IMG/VR virus record: IMGVR_UViG_3300032007_000009
DNA from: a virus
Taxonomy: Duplodnaviria; Caudoviricetes
Reading direction: 5' to 3' (one strand)
DNA: 64,000 nucleotides
Shown here: in pieces, positions 40,973 through 50,665 of the stretch
How the letters are laid out: each line of letters starts with the position of its first letter
How positions within the stretch are numbered: position 1 is the first letter of the stretch
Notes under the pieces: generated by a model
The model's database searches: none
Told to the model about the DNA's origin: nothing
Seen by the model: the letters and a program-made list of their open reading frames with translations, nothing else
Position numbers and translations under genes: made by a program

Positions 40973-41992
40973 TCACATACCTTTTAATAAATTTTCAAAA
41001 CCTATTTTAAATGCTTTAAGATTAACAACTTCTTGTCTATAATCTAATACATATCCGTAAAGACCACCACCTTCATTTGTTACAACATCAAAAGTTACAT
41101 TTTTTTCTTTATCACCTTTAATAATTTTAACTATGAAACCTTCTGTCCATGCTCTACCATTACGTCTCATTGTATCTTTACCCGCTTGAGTTTTTGCATT
41201 CTTAAATGATTCAACCCATTCTATTTTAACGTCTTTTAGAGAATTAAAATATTTATAAACAGATTTTGTAATCCATGATTCTGCTAATTTCTTTTCATCT
41301 TTGCTTAAACGATTCATATCAGAATCATCAACCTTTTCATCTTCAGCTTTATATTTTTCACTATATGCAACAATTTCAGTTTTAGTTAAAAGTTTTTTAT
41401 GTTCAATTTCATAACCAAATACTGATACTGCTTCAGGCCAACCTATTTTAATAGCAGCTATCCAACGAGCAACTAATTTCTTATCATCTTTAATTGATTT
41501 AACCAATCTTTCAGGATCTGAATGCTTATTAAAATATCCTTTCATTTTAGTAATATGCTTATCATCAGTAGTATATTTAGATGTATCAGCATTCTTTACA
41601 TCAGCATCAAACTGCTCTGCTGCTTTACGTTCCTTTTCAGCTTCACCGGCAACGGCATTATTATATTGTTCATCTTTTGATTGGTCATATTTAAAACAAA
41701 GAATTGCATAATATTTTGAATTTGCATTTACTTTTCTAAATCTGCTTATTCCTTTGTTCTTGCTTAGTCTTTCTTTCCAATCATTAACTGAATCTCGTGA
41801 AATTCCATAAAGGGCATGTGTTTGTACAGTATCATATAAAGATTGAATATATGCTCCATACATACCCCTTCCTTCTCCATACAAAGAATTAAGCCATTCT
41901 GTTTCTGACATATTTTTAATTCTGCCTTCCATTATAAGTTCAGCGGGATCTAATGTACGTTGTTCATTTATATATCTGTTAAAACTTTTCAT
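40973..41992 (-). CDS. Putative internal head protein (MKSFNRYINE)
   Basis: CTS-like leader. Confidence 0.6.
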   Translation of the reverse strand: MKSFNRYINEQRTLDPAELIMEGRIKNMSETEWLNSLYGEGRGMYGAYIQSLYDTVQTHALYGISRDSVNDWKERLSKNKGISRFRKVNANSKYYAILCFKYDQSKDEQYNNAVAGEAEKERKAAEQFDADVKNADTSKYTTDDKHITKMKGYFNKHSDPERLVKSIKDDKKLVARWIAAIKIGWPEAVSVFGYEIEHKKLLTKTEIVAYSEKYKAEDEKVDDSDMNRLSKDEKKLAESWITKSVYKYFNSLKDVKIEWVESFKNAKTQAGKDTMRRNGRAWTEGFIVKIIKGDKEKNVTFDVVTNEGGGLYGYVLDYRQEVVNLKAFKIGFENLLKGM

Positions 41993-42042
41993 ATTATCTT
42001 ATATTTTTTTAATTTCTTTTTTCTTTTATAAATTATATAAAT

Positions 42043-42564
42043 TTAATCCATTAATCCTATTGCAGCACCAATAGTTGAATACATAGTTACATCATCAGAA
42101 TTATCATCAGAATTTGAAGAATATGATTGCTTAGATGTTTTTTTCTGTTTTTCTTTTTTTATTTCATCAGCAATCACTAATGCTATCTGCATAATTGCAT
42201 ATGCTTTATTGTCATCACAATTAAAATATTCTTTAATATTTTTGATAAAACCTATATAATTATATTTGTTTTTATCATAATATGACAATTTTTCATAGTC
42301 TTTTTTTGTATAAAGATAAATATCTTTTAGATCTTTATCATTATTAAGATTATCTAATTCTTTAGAAACTTCTTCAGGATCTTTCTTTTTAAAATAATTG
42401 TAATCTTCTTTATCTTTTAAAACTTGTAATTTATCATTTACTATTTTAAAATATTTTTTAGGATTATCTACAACGTTTTCAATTGCATTTTTTAATTTAT
42501 CTAAAAATCCTTCAAATATAGAATTATCTAAAGATTCCCCTATATATTCATTAATATGTTTCAT
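42043..42564 (-). CDS. Putative internal head protein (MKHINEYIGE)
   Basis: CTS-like leader; second IFE site. Confidence 0.6.
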   Translation of the reverse strand: MKHINEYIGESLDNSIFEGFLDKLKNAIENVVDNPKKYFKIVNDKLQVLKDKEDYNYFKKKDPEEVSKELDNLNNDKDLKDIYLYTKKDYEKLSYYDKNKYNYIGFIKNIKEYFNCDDNKAYAIMQIALVIADEIKKEKQKKTSKQSYSSNSDDNSDDVTMYSTIGAAIGLMD

Positions 42565-42619
42565 AATAATTATCTAAATTTAATTATATTGTTTTATATT
42601 ATTTTTTTTCTTTTTTAGT

Positions 42620-44188
42620 TTATTTTTTTGCTTTCTGTTGTTCAAAATCCCAAGCAAGATCATCTTCTAAAACATGTTTCTTAGCAGGATTAATAAGATA
42701 ACCCATTTTAGACATTACATCTCTATTGAGTAATACCTTTTGTTTTTTATTACGATTATCTACTAATGCAAATTCAACGTCAAGTAATTTACGTGAACCA
42801 ATTTGTATACAAGGTATTAAAACAGTATTACGTGGTTCAGTTACTTGACCAACAATAGCTTTAGATTCACCATGTTTAGTAAAATTATATTTTTTACCAT
42901 TTATGGTTGCAATAATAGTATCACCTCTATATTCTAATGATTCACATCCTATTGTAGAAGCTTTAGCACCATTACCAGTATCAAATTTAGCTTCCATTGT
43001 AAATTCATCATCATTATCCATTGTAAATGTAATGTTTTCAAGATAACCAATATCTTTAGGAGCTAATACTAACTGATTAATATCATTAATATTATCAAGT
43101 AATATTTTCATAAAGTTTTCTCCTATTACTTCAGATATACCATCAGTACCTGGAGAAGCATTATATTCAAGAACAACGTTATCTCCAACTTCAGGATTAG
43201 AACCTTTTACAAGTGGCATAATATCTACAGCACACCAAGGCATTCCAGATATCTTAGCAACTTTAAGTGCAATTTCTTCTTGTTCTTTAGTTATATCTAC
43301 TTTTTCTGCTTGTGCACCTAATGAAACATTTGAACGGAAGTCTCCACTTATTTTAACACGTTTCATTGAAGCAAGAACTTTTTGTTCAGTTCTCATTGTA
43401 AGTACATGAACACGAATATCACCACCATCAGCTTCTTCTTTTTTCTGTAAAAGTAATTCTCTCTCAGGATCAATAGCAAAAGCTGTTTGAAGTATAGCTA
43501 AAATCTGTTTTCCATTAGTCATAAATACACCAGTACCTCCATGACCATCAAGAATTTTAACTACATATTCTTTTTTCTTATCTTCTTCTTCATTATTACC
43601 AAGATCTTTATAAATTAATTTTAATTTTTTCTTTAAAGATTCTTCTCCATCTTTAATATCATTTTTTGTTAATAATGCAAACTTAGGTTGAGGAACTTCA
43701 TATCTTTCTAATAATACAGATGATGTATATTTATTAGAAGCCTTCTTAGCAGATTGAATAGGATTAATAACAAAAAATCCCCAGTCTTGTAATTCTTTAA
43801 TTAATTCCATGCATTCTTCAGAATCTTGAACACCAAGACGAGTTATAACAATTGTATCAATATTAGATTGTTCTGTTATTTTATATTTGTTTTTGTTATC
43901 TGAGAATTCAATTTTATCATCAGTGGCTTTATAACTGATTTCTTCTGCAATAAATGGAAATATTTCGACATTTTTACCTTTTACTGCTGCAGTAAGATTT
44001 TTTAATGTCTTATTAGATTTATCATCTCTATCATTTGTAAAGAATAATATATTCTTAAAGAAATAATCCTTATTTTCATTTTCTTTTGCTTCATTTAATT
44101 TATGTTCCATACGAACTTTATCTAAATTATTGAAAACTTCAGAAATTGTAAAAGGATTTCTGTAATCATATGTTTTTGTAATATTCAT
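42620..44188 (-). CDS. rimK: RimK-family ATP-grasp ligase fused to RimB-like retropepsin domain
   Basis: 'VVK.L.G.GGTGV', 'DIRVHV', 'DFRSNVSLG', 'AVDI', 'LEYNASPG'; C-terminal 'AKFDTGN...VLLNR'. Confidence 0.85.
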   Translation of the reverse strand: MNITKTYDYRNPFTISEVFNNLDKVRMEHKLNEAKENENKDYFFKNILFFTNDRDDKSNKTLKNLTAAVKGKNVEIFPFIAEEISYKATDDKIEFSDNKNKYKITEQSNIDTIVITRLGVQDSEECMELIKELQDWGFFVINPIQSAKKASNKYTSSVLLERYEVPQPKFALLTKNDIKDGEESLKKKLKLIYKDLGNNEEEDKKKEYVVKILDGHGGTGVFMTNGKQILAILQTAFAIDPERELLLQKKEEADGGDIRVHVLTMRTEQKVLASMKRVKISGDFRSNVSLGAQAEKVDITKEQEEIALKVAKISGMPWCAVDIMPLVKGSNPEVGDNVVLEYNASPGTDGISEVIGENFMKILLDNINDINQLVLAPKDIGYLENITFTMDNDDEFTMEAKFDTGNGAKASTIGCESLEYRGDTIIATINGKKYNFTKHGESKAIVGQVTEPRNTVLIPCIQIGSRKLLDVEFALVDNRNKKQKVLLNRDVMSKMGYLINPAKKHVLEDDLAWDFEQQKAKK

Positions 44189-44287
44189 AAAAATGTTTAC
44201 TATTTTTTAAATCTTTGCTATTATACAATATAACTAAATAATCTATATTACTATATATAAGTTATATAAATAAAAATAAAAAAATAT

Positions 44288-44845
44288 ATGAAATTAATAA
44301 TAGTTGAAGGAACAGATAATACGGGTAAAGATACTATTATTTCTAAAATCCTAGAATATTACCCAACATCAACAATTATTCATTGTGGGAAACCATTTTC
44401 AAATAAATATTCATGTAAAGAACAAGATGAATTATTTAATTTTTATGCAAATAATATCATAAATGGATTATATGATAATACACATGTTATAATAATGAAT
44501 AGAAGTCATATTGGAGAATTTGTTTATGGGAGGCTCTATAGAAATAGAGATCCAATGATGACATTACATATGATTAATAGTATAGATGAAAAGTTATTGT
44601 CTTGTAAAAAATTAGATATAAGATATATACAATTATTATCATCTTCATTAGATTTATTACATAGAAATGAAGATAATAAATCATTATCAAAAGGAGATGT
44701 TAATAAAATAAAATTAGAAAAACAATATTTTGAAGAAATTTTTGATTTTTCTAAATTAAATAAAAAATTAATTTATGTTAATGATGGAGATGAATTTAGA
44801 AATATTAAAGATATTGTTAATGAAGTAATTAAGTTTATTAAATAA
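44288..44845 (+). CDS. dNMP kinase (thymidylate-kinase-like)
   Basis: 'IIVEGTDNTGKDT' P-loop; 'NRSHIGE.VYG.LYR'. Confidence 0.85.
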   Translation: MKLIIVEGTDNTGKDTIISKILEYYPTSTIIHCGKPFSNKYSCKEQDELFNFYANNIINGLYDNTHVIIMNRSHIGEFVYGRLYRNRDPMMTLHMINSIDEKLLSCKKLDIRYIQLLSSSLDLLHRNEDNKSLSKGDVNKIKLEKQYFEEIFDFSKLNKKLIYVNDGDEFRNIKDIVNEVIKFIK

Positions 44846-44864
44846 TAAATATATAAGTTTATAT

Positions 44865-45563
44865 ATGCAAAATACACAAGATATATTAAATCAGTTTAAA
44901 GAAAAATATAATAATAAAGAATTTCGTATAATTGGTAATGCAGTTCAGCAGTCTAAAACAATTGAATTACAAAATGTTCAGTTTGAAGTAGATAAACCTT
45001 GGATTATAAGAGAACCTAATTATGATTATTTTAATAGAGAATTTGAATGGTATAAGTCAGAATCATTAAATGTAAATGACATTCCAGGTGGTGCTCCAAC
45101 TATGTGGAAAAATTGTGCAACTCCATTAGGTTATATTAATTCAAATTATGGATGGATGATATGGTCTAAAGAAAATGGATATCAATTTGATAATTGTTTT
45201 ATGAAATTATTAAATGATACACATACACGTGAAGCTTGTATGATTTATAATAGACCTAGTATGCAAGAAGATTATTGTAAAGATGGAATGCATGATTTTT
45301 GTTGTACTTATGCAGTTCAATGTTTCTTAAATGAAGATAAAGATAATAATATACATCTTAAATATATTGTTTATATGAGAAGCAATGATGCGGTATTTGG
45401 ATTTGATAATGATGCACTATGGCATCAGAATGTTCAAAATATGTTAGCTAATAAATTAAGTTCTAAAGCTGCATTAAATAAAAAAATAATATGTGATAAT
45501 ATTATTTGGAATACTGGATCATTACATATATATGAGAGACATTTTAAATTTTTAGAAAATTAA
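44865..45563 (+). CDS. dCMP hydroxymethylase/hydroxylase (T4 gp42-like thymidylate synthase family)
   Basis: 'REFEWY', 'INSNYGW', 'DFCCT..VQ', 'YMRSNDAVFGFDND' (Asp at the dCMP specificity position), 'SLHIYERHF'. Confidence 0.9.
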   Translation: MQNTQDILNQFKEKYNNKEFRIIGNAVQQSKTIELQNVQFEVDKPWIIREPNYDYFNREFEWYKSESLNVNDIPGGAPTMWKNCATPLGYINSNYGWMIWSKENGYQFDNCFMKLLNDTHTREACMIYNRPSMQEDYCKDGMHDFCCTYAVQCFLNEDKDNNIHLKYIVYMRSNDAVFGFDNDALWHQNVQNMLANKLSSKAALNKKIICDNIIWNTGSLHIYERHFKFLEN

Positions 45564-45575
45564 AAACTTAAAGTT

Positions 45576-46325
45576 ATGAATATACATATAATAATGCCAA
45601 TGGCTGGTGAAGGTAATCGTTTTAAAGAAAAAGGATATAATATACCTAAACCATTAATTAAGTTAAATGATAAAGAATTTTATAGACATGCTTTAGATAG
45701 TTTTAATAATCTTAAATTATATGGGGGTGATTTAATTAATATTAAACATACATTTATTGTTCGTCAAGAATTTATAGATGATTATAATATTGATAAAGAA
45801 ATACATACAGTTTATCCCGAAGCAAATATAATTGGAGTAAAGAAGACTACTAGAGGTGCATTAGAAACAATAATGTTAGCAAAAGATTTTATTGAAGATA
45901 CTGATTATGTTGTTTCTATGGATTGTGATATTGAGTTTAATTGTCAATCATTTTTGCGTTCTATGTTAATGGGTAGACCACAAATATTGTCATTTTATTC
46001 AAAAGATCCTAAATATAGTTATGCTAAAGTTGAAGGTGGATTAGTTACTGAAACAGCAGAAAAGAAATGTATATCTACACATGCAATAGCTGGATGTTAT
46101 TGTTTTGGGTATGGGAAACAATTTAAAGAATGTGCAACAGAATTAATTAACGAATTTACTGAAGGAAAAATATCTTATAAAGAAATTTATGTATCATTAA
46201 TATTTAATAAATTACCTAAAGCTTTATTAATTGATTGTGATATGCATAAAGATAAGATATGGTCTTATGGTACTCCAGAAGATTTTGAGAATTATGATAT
46301 TAATAGATGTATATGGGACAAATAA
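45576..46325 (+). CDS. Sugar-1-phosphate nucleotidyltransferase (NTP_transferase)
   Basis: 'MPMAGEGNRF...PKPLI', 'DCD', 'EKK.IS..A..G.Y.F', 'GTPED'. Confidence 0.85.
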   Translation: MNIHIIMPMAGEGNRFKEKGYNIPKPLIKLNDKEFYRHALDSFNNLKLYGGDLINIKHTFIVRQEFIDDYNIDKEIHTVYPEANIIGVKKTTRGALETIMLAKDFIEDTDYVVSMDCDIEFNCQSFLRSMLMGRPQILSFYSKDPKYSYAKVEGGLVTETAEKKCISTHAIAGCYCFGYGKQFKECATELINEFTEGKISYKEIYVSLIFNKLPKALLIDCDMHKDKIWSYGTPEDFENYDINRCIWDK

Positions 46326-46876
46326 AAGCAATCATAACGGATTTTGATGGAACGTTAGTAGATACATTTATAGCAAATTTTAATGCATATTTAGAAACAT
46401 TTAAACATTTCGGATATGAATTAACTAAAGAACAATATAGAAAATGTTATGGGTTACGATTTGATGGATTCTGTGATAAAATGAATATTAAAGAAAAAGA
46501 TCGTAAACCAATGAAAGAATATAAAAAAGAAGTATATCCAAAATATTTTAAATATATTGAACTAAATCATGCTTTATTATTTTTTATAAAATATATGAAA
46601 ACATGTGGTATTAAAACATGTATTGCTTCAACAGCTTCTAAAGAAAATCTATATAATGTAATTGAATATTTTAAAATTAAAGATAATTTTGATTTAATAT
46701 TAACAGGTGAAGACGTTAAGTTTGGTAAACCAAATCCTTATGTTTATAATGAAGCATTAGTAAAATTAAATATTAATTCAGATGAAGCATTAGTATTTGA
46801 AGATTCTAATGTAGGTTGTGAATCGGCTTATAAAGCAGGAATTAATTATATTAAAATAACAAATGGGAATTCATAG
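46307..46876 (+). CDS. HAD-family phosphatase/phosphomutase (beta-PGM-like)
   Basis: DFDGTLVD, KPNP, FEDS..G. Confidence 0.9.
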   Translation: MYMGQIKAIITDFDGTLVDTFIANFNAYLETFKHFGYELTKEQYRKCYGLRFDGFCDKMNIKEKDRKPMKEYKKEVYPKYFKYIELNHALLFFIKYMKTCGIKTCIASTASKENLYNVIEYFKIKDNFDLILTGEDVKFGKPNPYVYNEALVKLNINSDEALVFEDSNVGCESAYKAGINYIKITNGNS

Positions 46877-46889
46877 AATTCCCATTTGT
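46859..46889. terminator. Bidirectional hairpin terminator
   Basis: ACAAATGGGAATTC-ata-GAATTCCCATTTGT. Confidence 0.7.
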
Positions 46890-46912
46890 AATAATATATT
46901 CAATTTAATTAA

Positions 46913-48823
46913 TTATATAATTGGATCTCCTTCATAAGGAACAACTTTATAAGCTTCAACAACTTGTTCTACAGGGTTTAATGCAGAACCTAATATTTGA
47001 TTTACATATAAGTTATGAGCATTACCAGTATCTAATCTGATTGCTGCACCAAGTGAACCTATAATTGCAACACCTTTAAGTTCTGTATCAGTTGTACCGA
47101 ACATACCTTTTGTATGTTTACCATTTCTTCCATAAACATCAGCAAAACCAGTTTGTTTTGCTTCAGGATCTTCTACAGTTGCAACACCTTGTCCTACAGT
47201 ATGATTAACAACATTTCCTTTAGCAACAAATATACCATCAAATGTTGAATATTCAGGATCTGTAGTATCTGTTATATAACTATCAATAACTGATGCATTA
47301 ATAACTGCATCTGGACCAATAACAATTGCATTACCTTTAACACCACGTTGACCACAATTTGTTACAACGAATGCACCTTTAGAATCAATGAATCTTGTTT
47401 CGCCACCATCAACACCATCACCAATATTTGATGTTACATAAAGAACAGAACCACCTTTTACTTCTATAGTTACATTGTTTTCTGATTTAATTGCATCATG
47501 ATCATATAAGCCTTCTGAATCATTTTCAGTTGTATCTTTATTGATAATTGCATTAATTGTATCTTTAACAGCAGTAATCTTAACTCTACCTGCATCAGGA
47601 AGATTAGCAATAGAAGGAGCATGACCATCAGTAACAATTACAGCACCATTAAGATATATATCTAATTTATTATCATATCCTCCATTAAGTTTACCTTTTT
47701 TAGAGAATGTAGGTTCAACTATTGTAATCGCATCAATAGGGCGAACGATTGGACGATCAATTTTACCTGTAACTTCTATAACATTATAATTTTCATTGAT
47801 TACATATGCTTGAGGAGAATCAAATAATACTTCTACAGGATCATCCCACACCCATGTTATATTACCAGCAGGAGTAGAAGAAGCAACTACGTTTTCATTT
47901 TCATCAGCATTATAATACCAACCTGATTTAAGGCCATCTTCCAATAATGAAATATTAATAATTTCTCCATTAGTGCCTGCTTCATAATCATCTTTTGTTG
48001 GATATGCAGTAACTGTACCTTCTTCATACATATCTTCAATTGGGTGCATTTTTGCTCCTGAAACACCAGTAACTGCATAATATCCATCATTCTTAGAATC
48101 GAAGTTGTCTTCAGTTACATTAACAAAAGTAAATTCTCCACCAAGAACAATGATCTTACCGTTATCAGTTGTTCCAAATGCATCTTTTGCAGCTTGTACA
48201 TAGAATACACCATCAAGAATGTTAACATTCTTACCATGAACACCGTCATGAACAGTATCAATATAAATGTGAGGACCTGCAACATTCATTGTTTCACCTC
48301 TTAAACCATGACCAATGTTATTGTAAACTGCAAGATAACCAACACCTTGAACTGTCAAATCTTTCCAAGAATCAATAGATGCGTAAGTTTCATCACCTTC
48401 TACAGTTGTTTCTTTATTACATACTACAAAGTTATGGGTATCTTTTGTAAGAGTTACATATAAACCTTGATAGCCTTTATTATTTGATTCTGGACAATTG
48501 TATAAAATACCATAAGCATCATCAGAAATAATTGTTGCATTATTCAATATAATAGTTGTCCATGCTTCTGGCTTAACTGATGTTGCATCAATAACAATTT
48601 GGCCTTCATGAACACCAGCTAATTCATATGTACCACCAGCAGCTAATGTAATAACTTTTTCAGTATGAACTTCACCATTAACTAATAAACCAGTGATTTC
48701 TTTAGTATATATAACATTTCCTAAAGACTTAATAACTGAAATGTTTGGAGTTACATAATTTTCAGAATTCAAATATTCTGTATATAACAATTCAGTTGTA
48801 AATTCAGTTAAGTATTTTTTCAT
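46913..48823 (-). CDS. Cthe_2159 (DUF4353)-like carbohydrate-binding beta-helix protein
   Basis: Two beta-helix blocks ('DLTVQG.G.L....HG...HDGVHG', 'DAIKSENNVTI...GDGVDG'). Confidence 0.7.
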   Translation of the reverse strand: MKKYLTEFTTELLYTEYLNSENYVTPNISVIKSLGNVIYTKEITGLLVNGEVHTEKVITLAAGGTYELAGVHEGQIVIDATSVKPEAWTTIILNNATIISDDAYGILYNCPESNNKGYQGLYVTLTKDTHNFVVCNKETTVEGDETYASIDSWKDLTVQGVGYLAVYNNIGHGLRGETMNVAGPHIYIDTVHDGVHGKNVNILDGVFYVQAAKDAFGTTDNGKIIVLGGEFTFVNVTEDNFDSKNDGYYAVTGVSGAKMHPIEDMYEEGTVTAYPTKDDYEAGTNGEIINISLLEDGLKSGWYYNADENENVVASSTPAGNITWVWDDPVEVLFDSPQAYVINENYNVIEVTGKIDRPIVRPIDAITIVEPTFSKKGKLNGGYDNKLDIYLNGAVIVTDGHAPSIANLPDAGRVKITAVKDTINAIINKDTTENDSEGLYDHDAIKSENNVTIEVKGGSVLYVTSNIGDGVDGGETRFIDSKGAFVVTNCGQRGVKGNAIVIGPDAVINASVIDSYITDTTDPEYSTFDGIFVAKGNVVNHTVGQGVATVEDPEAKQTGFADVYGRNGKHTKGMFGTTDTELKGVAIIGSLGAAIRLDTGNAHNLYVNQILGSALNPVEQVVEAYKVVPYEGDPII

Positions 48824-48923
48824 ATTTTATTAAATATTTTTATATGTTTCTTAATATCTTATTTATTAAAAATAAATATAAAATCATTCTATATTATTAA
48901 TAGAAATATATATTTGTAATTAA

Positions 48924-49811
48924 ATGAGAAGTACTAAAGCAGCTATATTTATTCCTACATATAAAAATAGATATGATGAACTTTTAAATTGTATTAATGA
49001 TATTGAAAAATATGAAGTATTTGTAGTATTTTCATCTTATGACAATATTGAATCATATACAAATAAATATACATGGAAAGATCATATTCATACTTTAGTA
49101 TCTGATGCAAAAACTATTGGTTTAAAAAGACAATTTGGATTAGATGCAATATATGATAAAGGATTTACATATGCAATACAATTTGATGATGATAATAGAG
49201 CATTTGGGGCAAAGATAACTCCAGAAACTAAACGTAAGACATCAAATTCATATGCAAAACAAAAGATATCAATTGAAGAATTAGTTGATAAATTAGTTGA
49301 AACTGCTGAAAAATATGATGCGGCATTTGTATCTCCATCACTTGAATTTTCAATAGGATTTAGTAAACCAGGAAAAGTTTTTGTTAATAGATCTATAACA
49401 TCAGGTCAGTGTACATTACAAAATGTAAAACAATTAAGAGAACATAATTTACATTATGAAGCTGAAGAAATGATTAATGAAGATATTGTTCTTCTTTTTG
49501 AAATATTACGTAATGGATTAACTGCAGTAACTGTTGGAGATTATTGCTATTGTGTATTGGGAGCATCTAATAAAGCAGAAAATTCTTTAGTTAATTATGA
49601 TGATAGATATGATATCTTACATAAGAATATGTATGTTAAATATCCAAATGTAATTAGTCTTTATCTAGATAAACAAAATAGAATAAGAATCAAAACAAAA
49701 TGGAAGAATTTTCCAGATAATACACAAGAAATTACAGATCCTGTTTTTTATGAAATATGTAAAGGATCCGATATAGAAGCAATTAAAAAATACATTAAGG
49801 AAAATTACTAA
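48924..49811 (+). CDS. GT-A glycosyltransferase (TAGT / glucosyl-hmC transferase-like)
   Basis: 'IFIPTYK.R', 'IG.KRQ', 'QFDDD', 'EDI'. Confidence 0.75.
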   Translation: MRSTKAAIFIPTYKNRYDELLNCINDIEKYEVFVVFSSYDNIESYTNKYTWKDHIHTLVSDAKTIGLKRQFGLDAIYDKGFTYAIQFDDDNRAFGAKITPETKRKTSNSYAKQKISIEELVDKLVETAEKYDAAFVSPSLEFSIGFSKPGKVFVNRSITSGQCTLQNVKQLREHNLHYEAEEMINEDIVLLFEILRNGLTAVTVGDYCYCVLGASNKAENSLVNYDDRYDILHKNMYVKYPNVISLYLDKQNRIRIKTKWKNFPDNTQEITDPVFYEICKGSDIEAIKKYIKENY

Positions 49812-50665
49812 TGAAAATAAGTATTCAAGGTCATTCTGGTTGTGATATTGAAATAATTGATAAAGATAGTAATTTATTTGTTAGAAAATCTACTAAGGAT
49901 ACTTCTTATTTTAAACGATTATTATTACAAGCAGAAAAACAAAAATCAGATGATTGTATAGGTAAGAATATATTAAATCCTAATATATATGAAATAGAAC
50001 AAACAGATAATGAAGCATATATGATTATGGATTATATATATGCTAATAATTTTATTGATTTTTTTGAACATGCATCATCTTCACAAATTGATAATTTTAT
50101 TGATATATTCATAAAATATATTAAAGACGAATATGATAAATGTGAAATAACAAAAATAGATAAATCTATGTTTGTAAATAAATTTTTATCTGTTGAAAAA
50201 AATTGTTATAAAAATGAATTATTGAAAAATAATAATCTTGTAAATACTATATTAGAAAAAAGTAAACAAAAGTTTAATCAATTACCTGAATATATTGAAT
50301 TACCTATTGGTAAATGTCATGGTGATTTAACATTTTCAAATATATTATTTTCAACAGACAATATATATTTTATTGATTATTTGGATTCTTTTATAGAAAC
50401 TCCAATTCAAGATATTGTTAAATTACGACAAGATACAAAATATTTTTGGTCTGTTATGATGTATCATAATAAATACGATATTGTTAGACTTAATATGATT
50501 TTCAATTATATTGATAATAAGATTGATAAATATTTCATTAATGATCAATATTATAAAAACATATATGATACATTACAATTAATGAATATTCTTCGTATAT
50601 TACCGTATGTGAAAAATATAAAAATACGAGATTTTGTTTTAAATATTTTAACATCATTAACATGA
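49811..50665 (+). CDS. APH/choline-kinase-like phosphotransferase
   Basis: 'GHSG', 'CHGDLTFSNILF', 'FID.LD', 'D..KLRQD'. Confidence 0.8.
   Translation: MKISIQGHSGCDIEIIDKDSNLFVRKSTKDTSYFKRLLLQAEKQKSDDCIGKNILNPNIYEIEQTDNEAYMIMDYIYANNFIDFFEHASSSQIDNFIDIFIKYIKDEYDKCEITKIDKSMFVNKFLSVEKNCYKNELLKNNNLVNTILEKSKQKFNQLPEYIELPIGKCHGDLTFSNILFSTDNIYFIDYLDSFIETPIQDIVKLRQDTKYFWSVMMYHNKYDIVRLNMIFNYIDNKIDKYFINDQYYKNIYDTLQLMNILRILPYVKNIKIRDFVLNILTSLT

Noticed and set aside
44865-45563. Ordinary thymidylate synthase (thyA)
   Set aside because: It has Asp in 'FG..ND' and gp42-specific motifs, and lacks the ThyA 'PFN' and 'LPPCH' signatures
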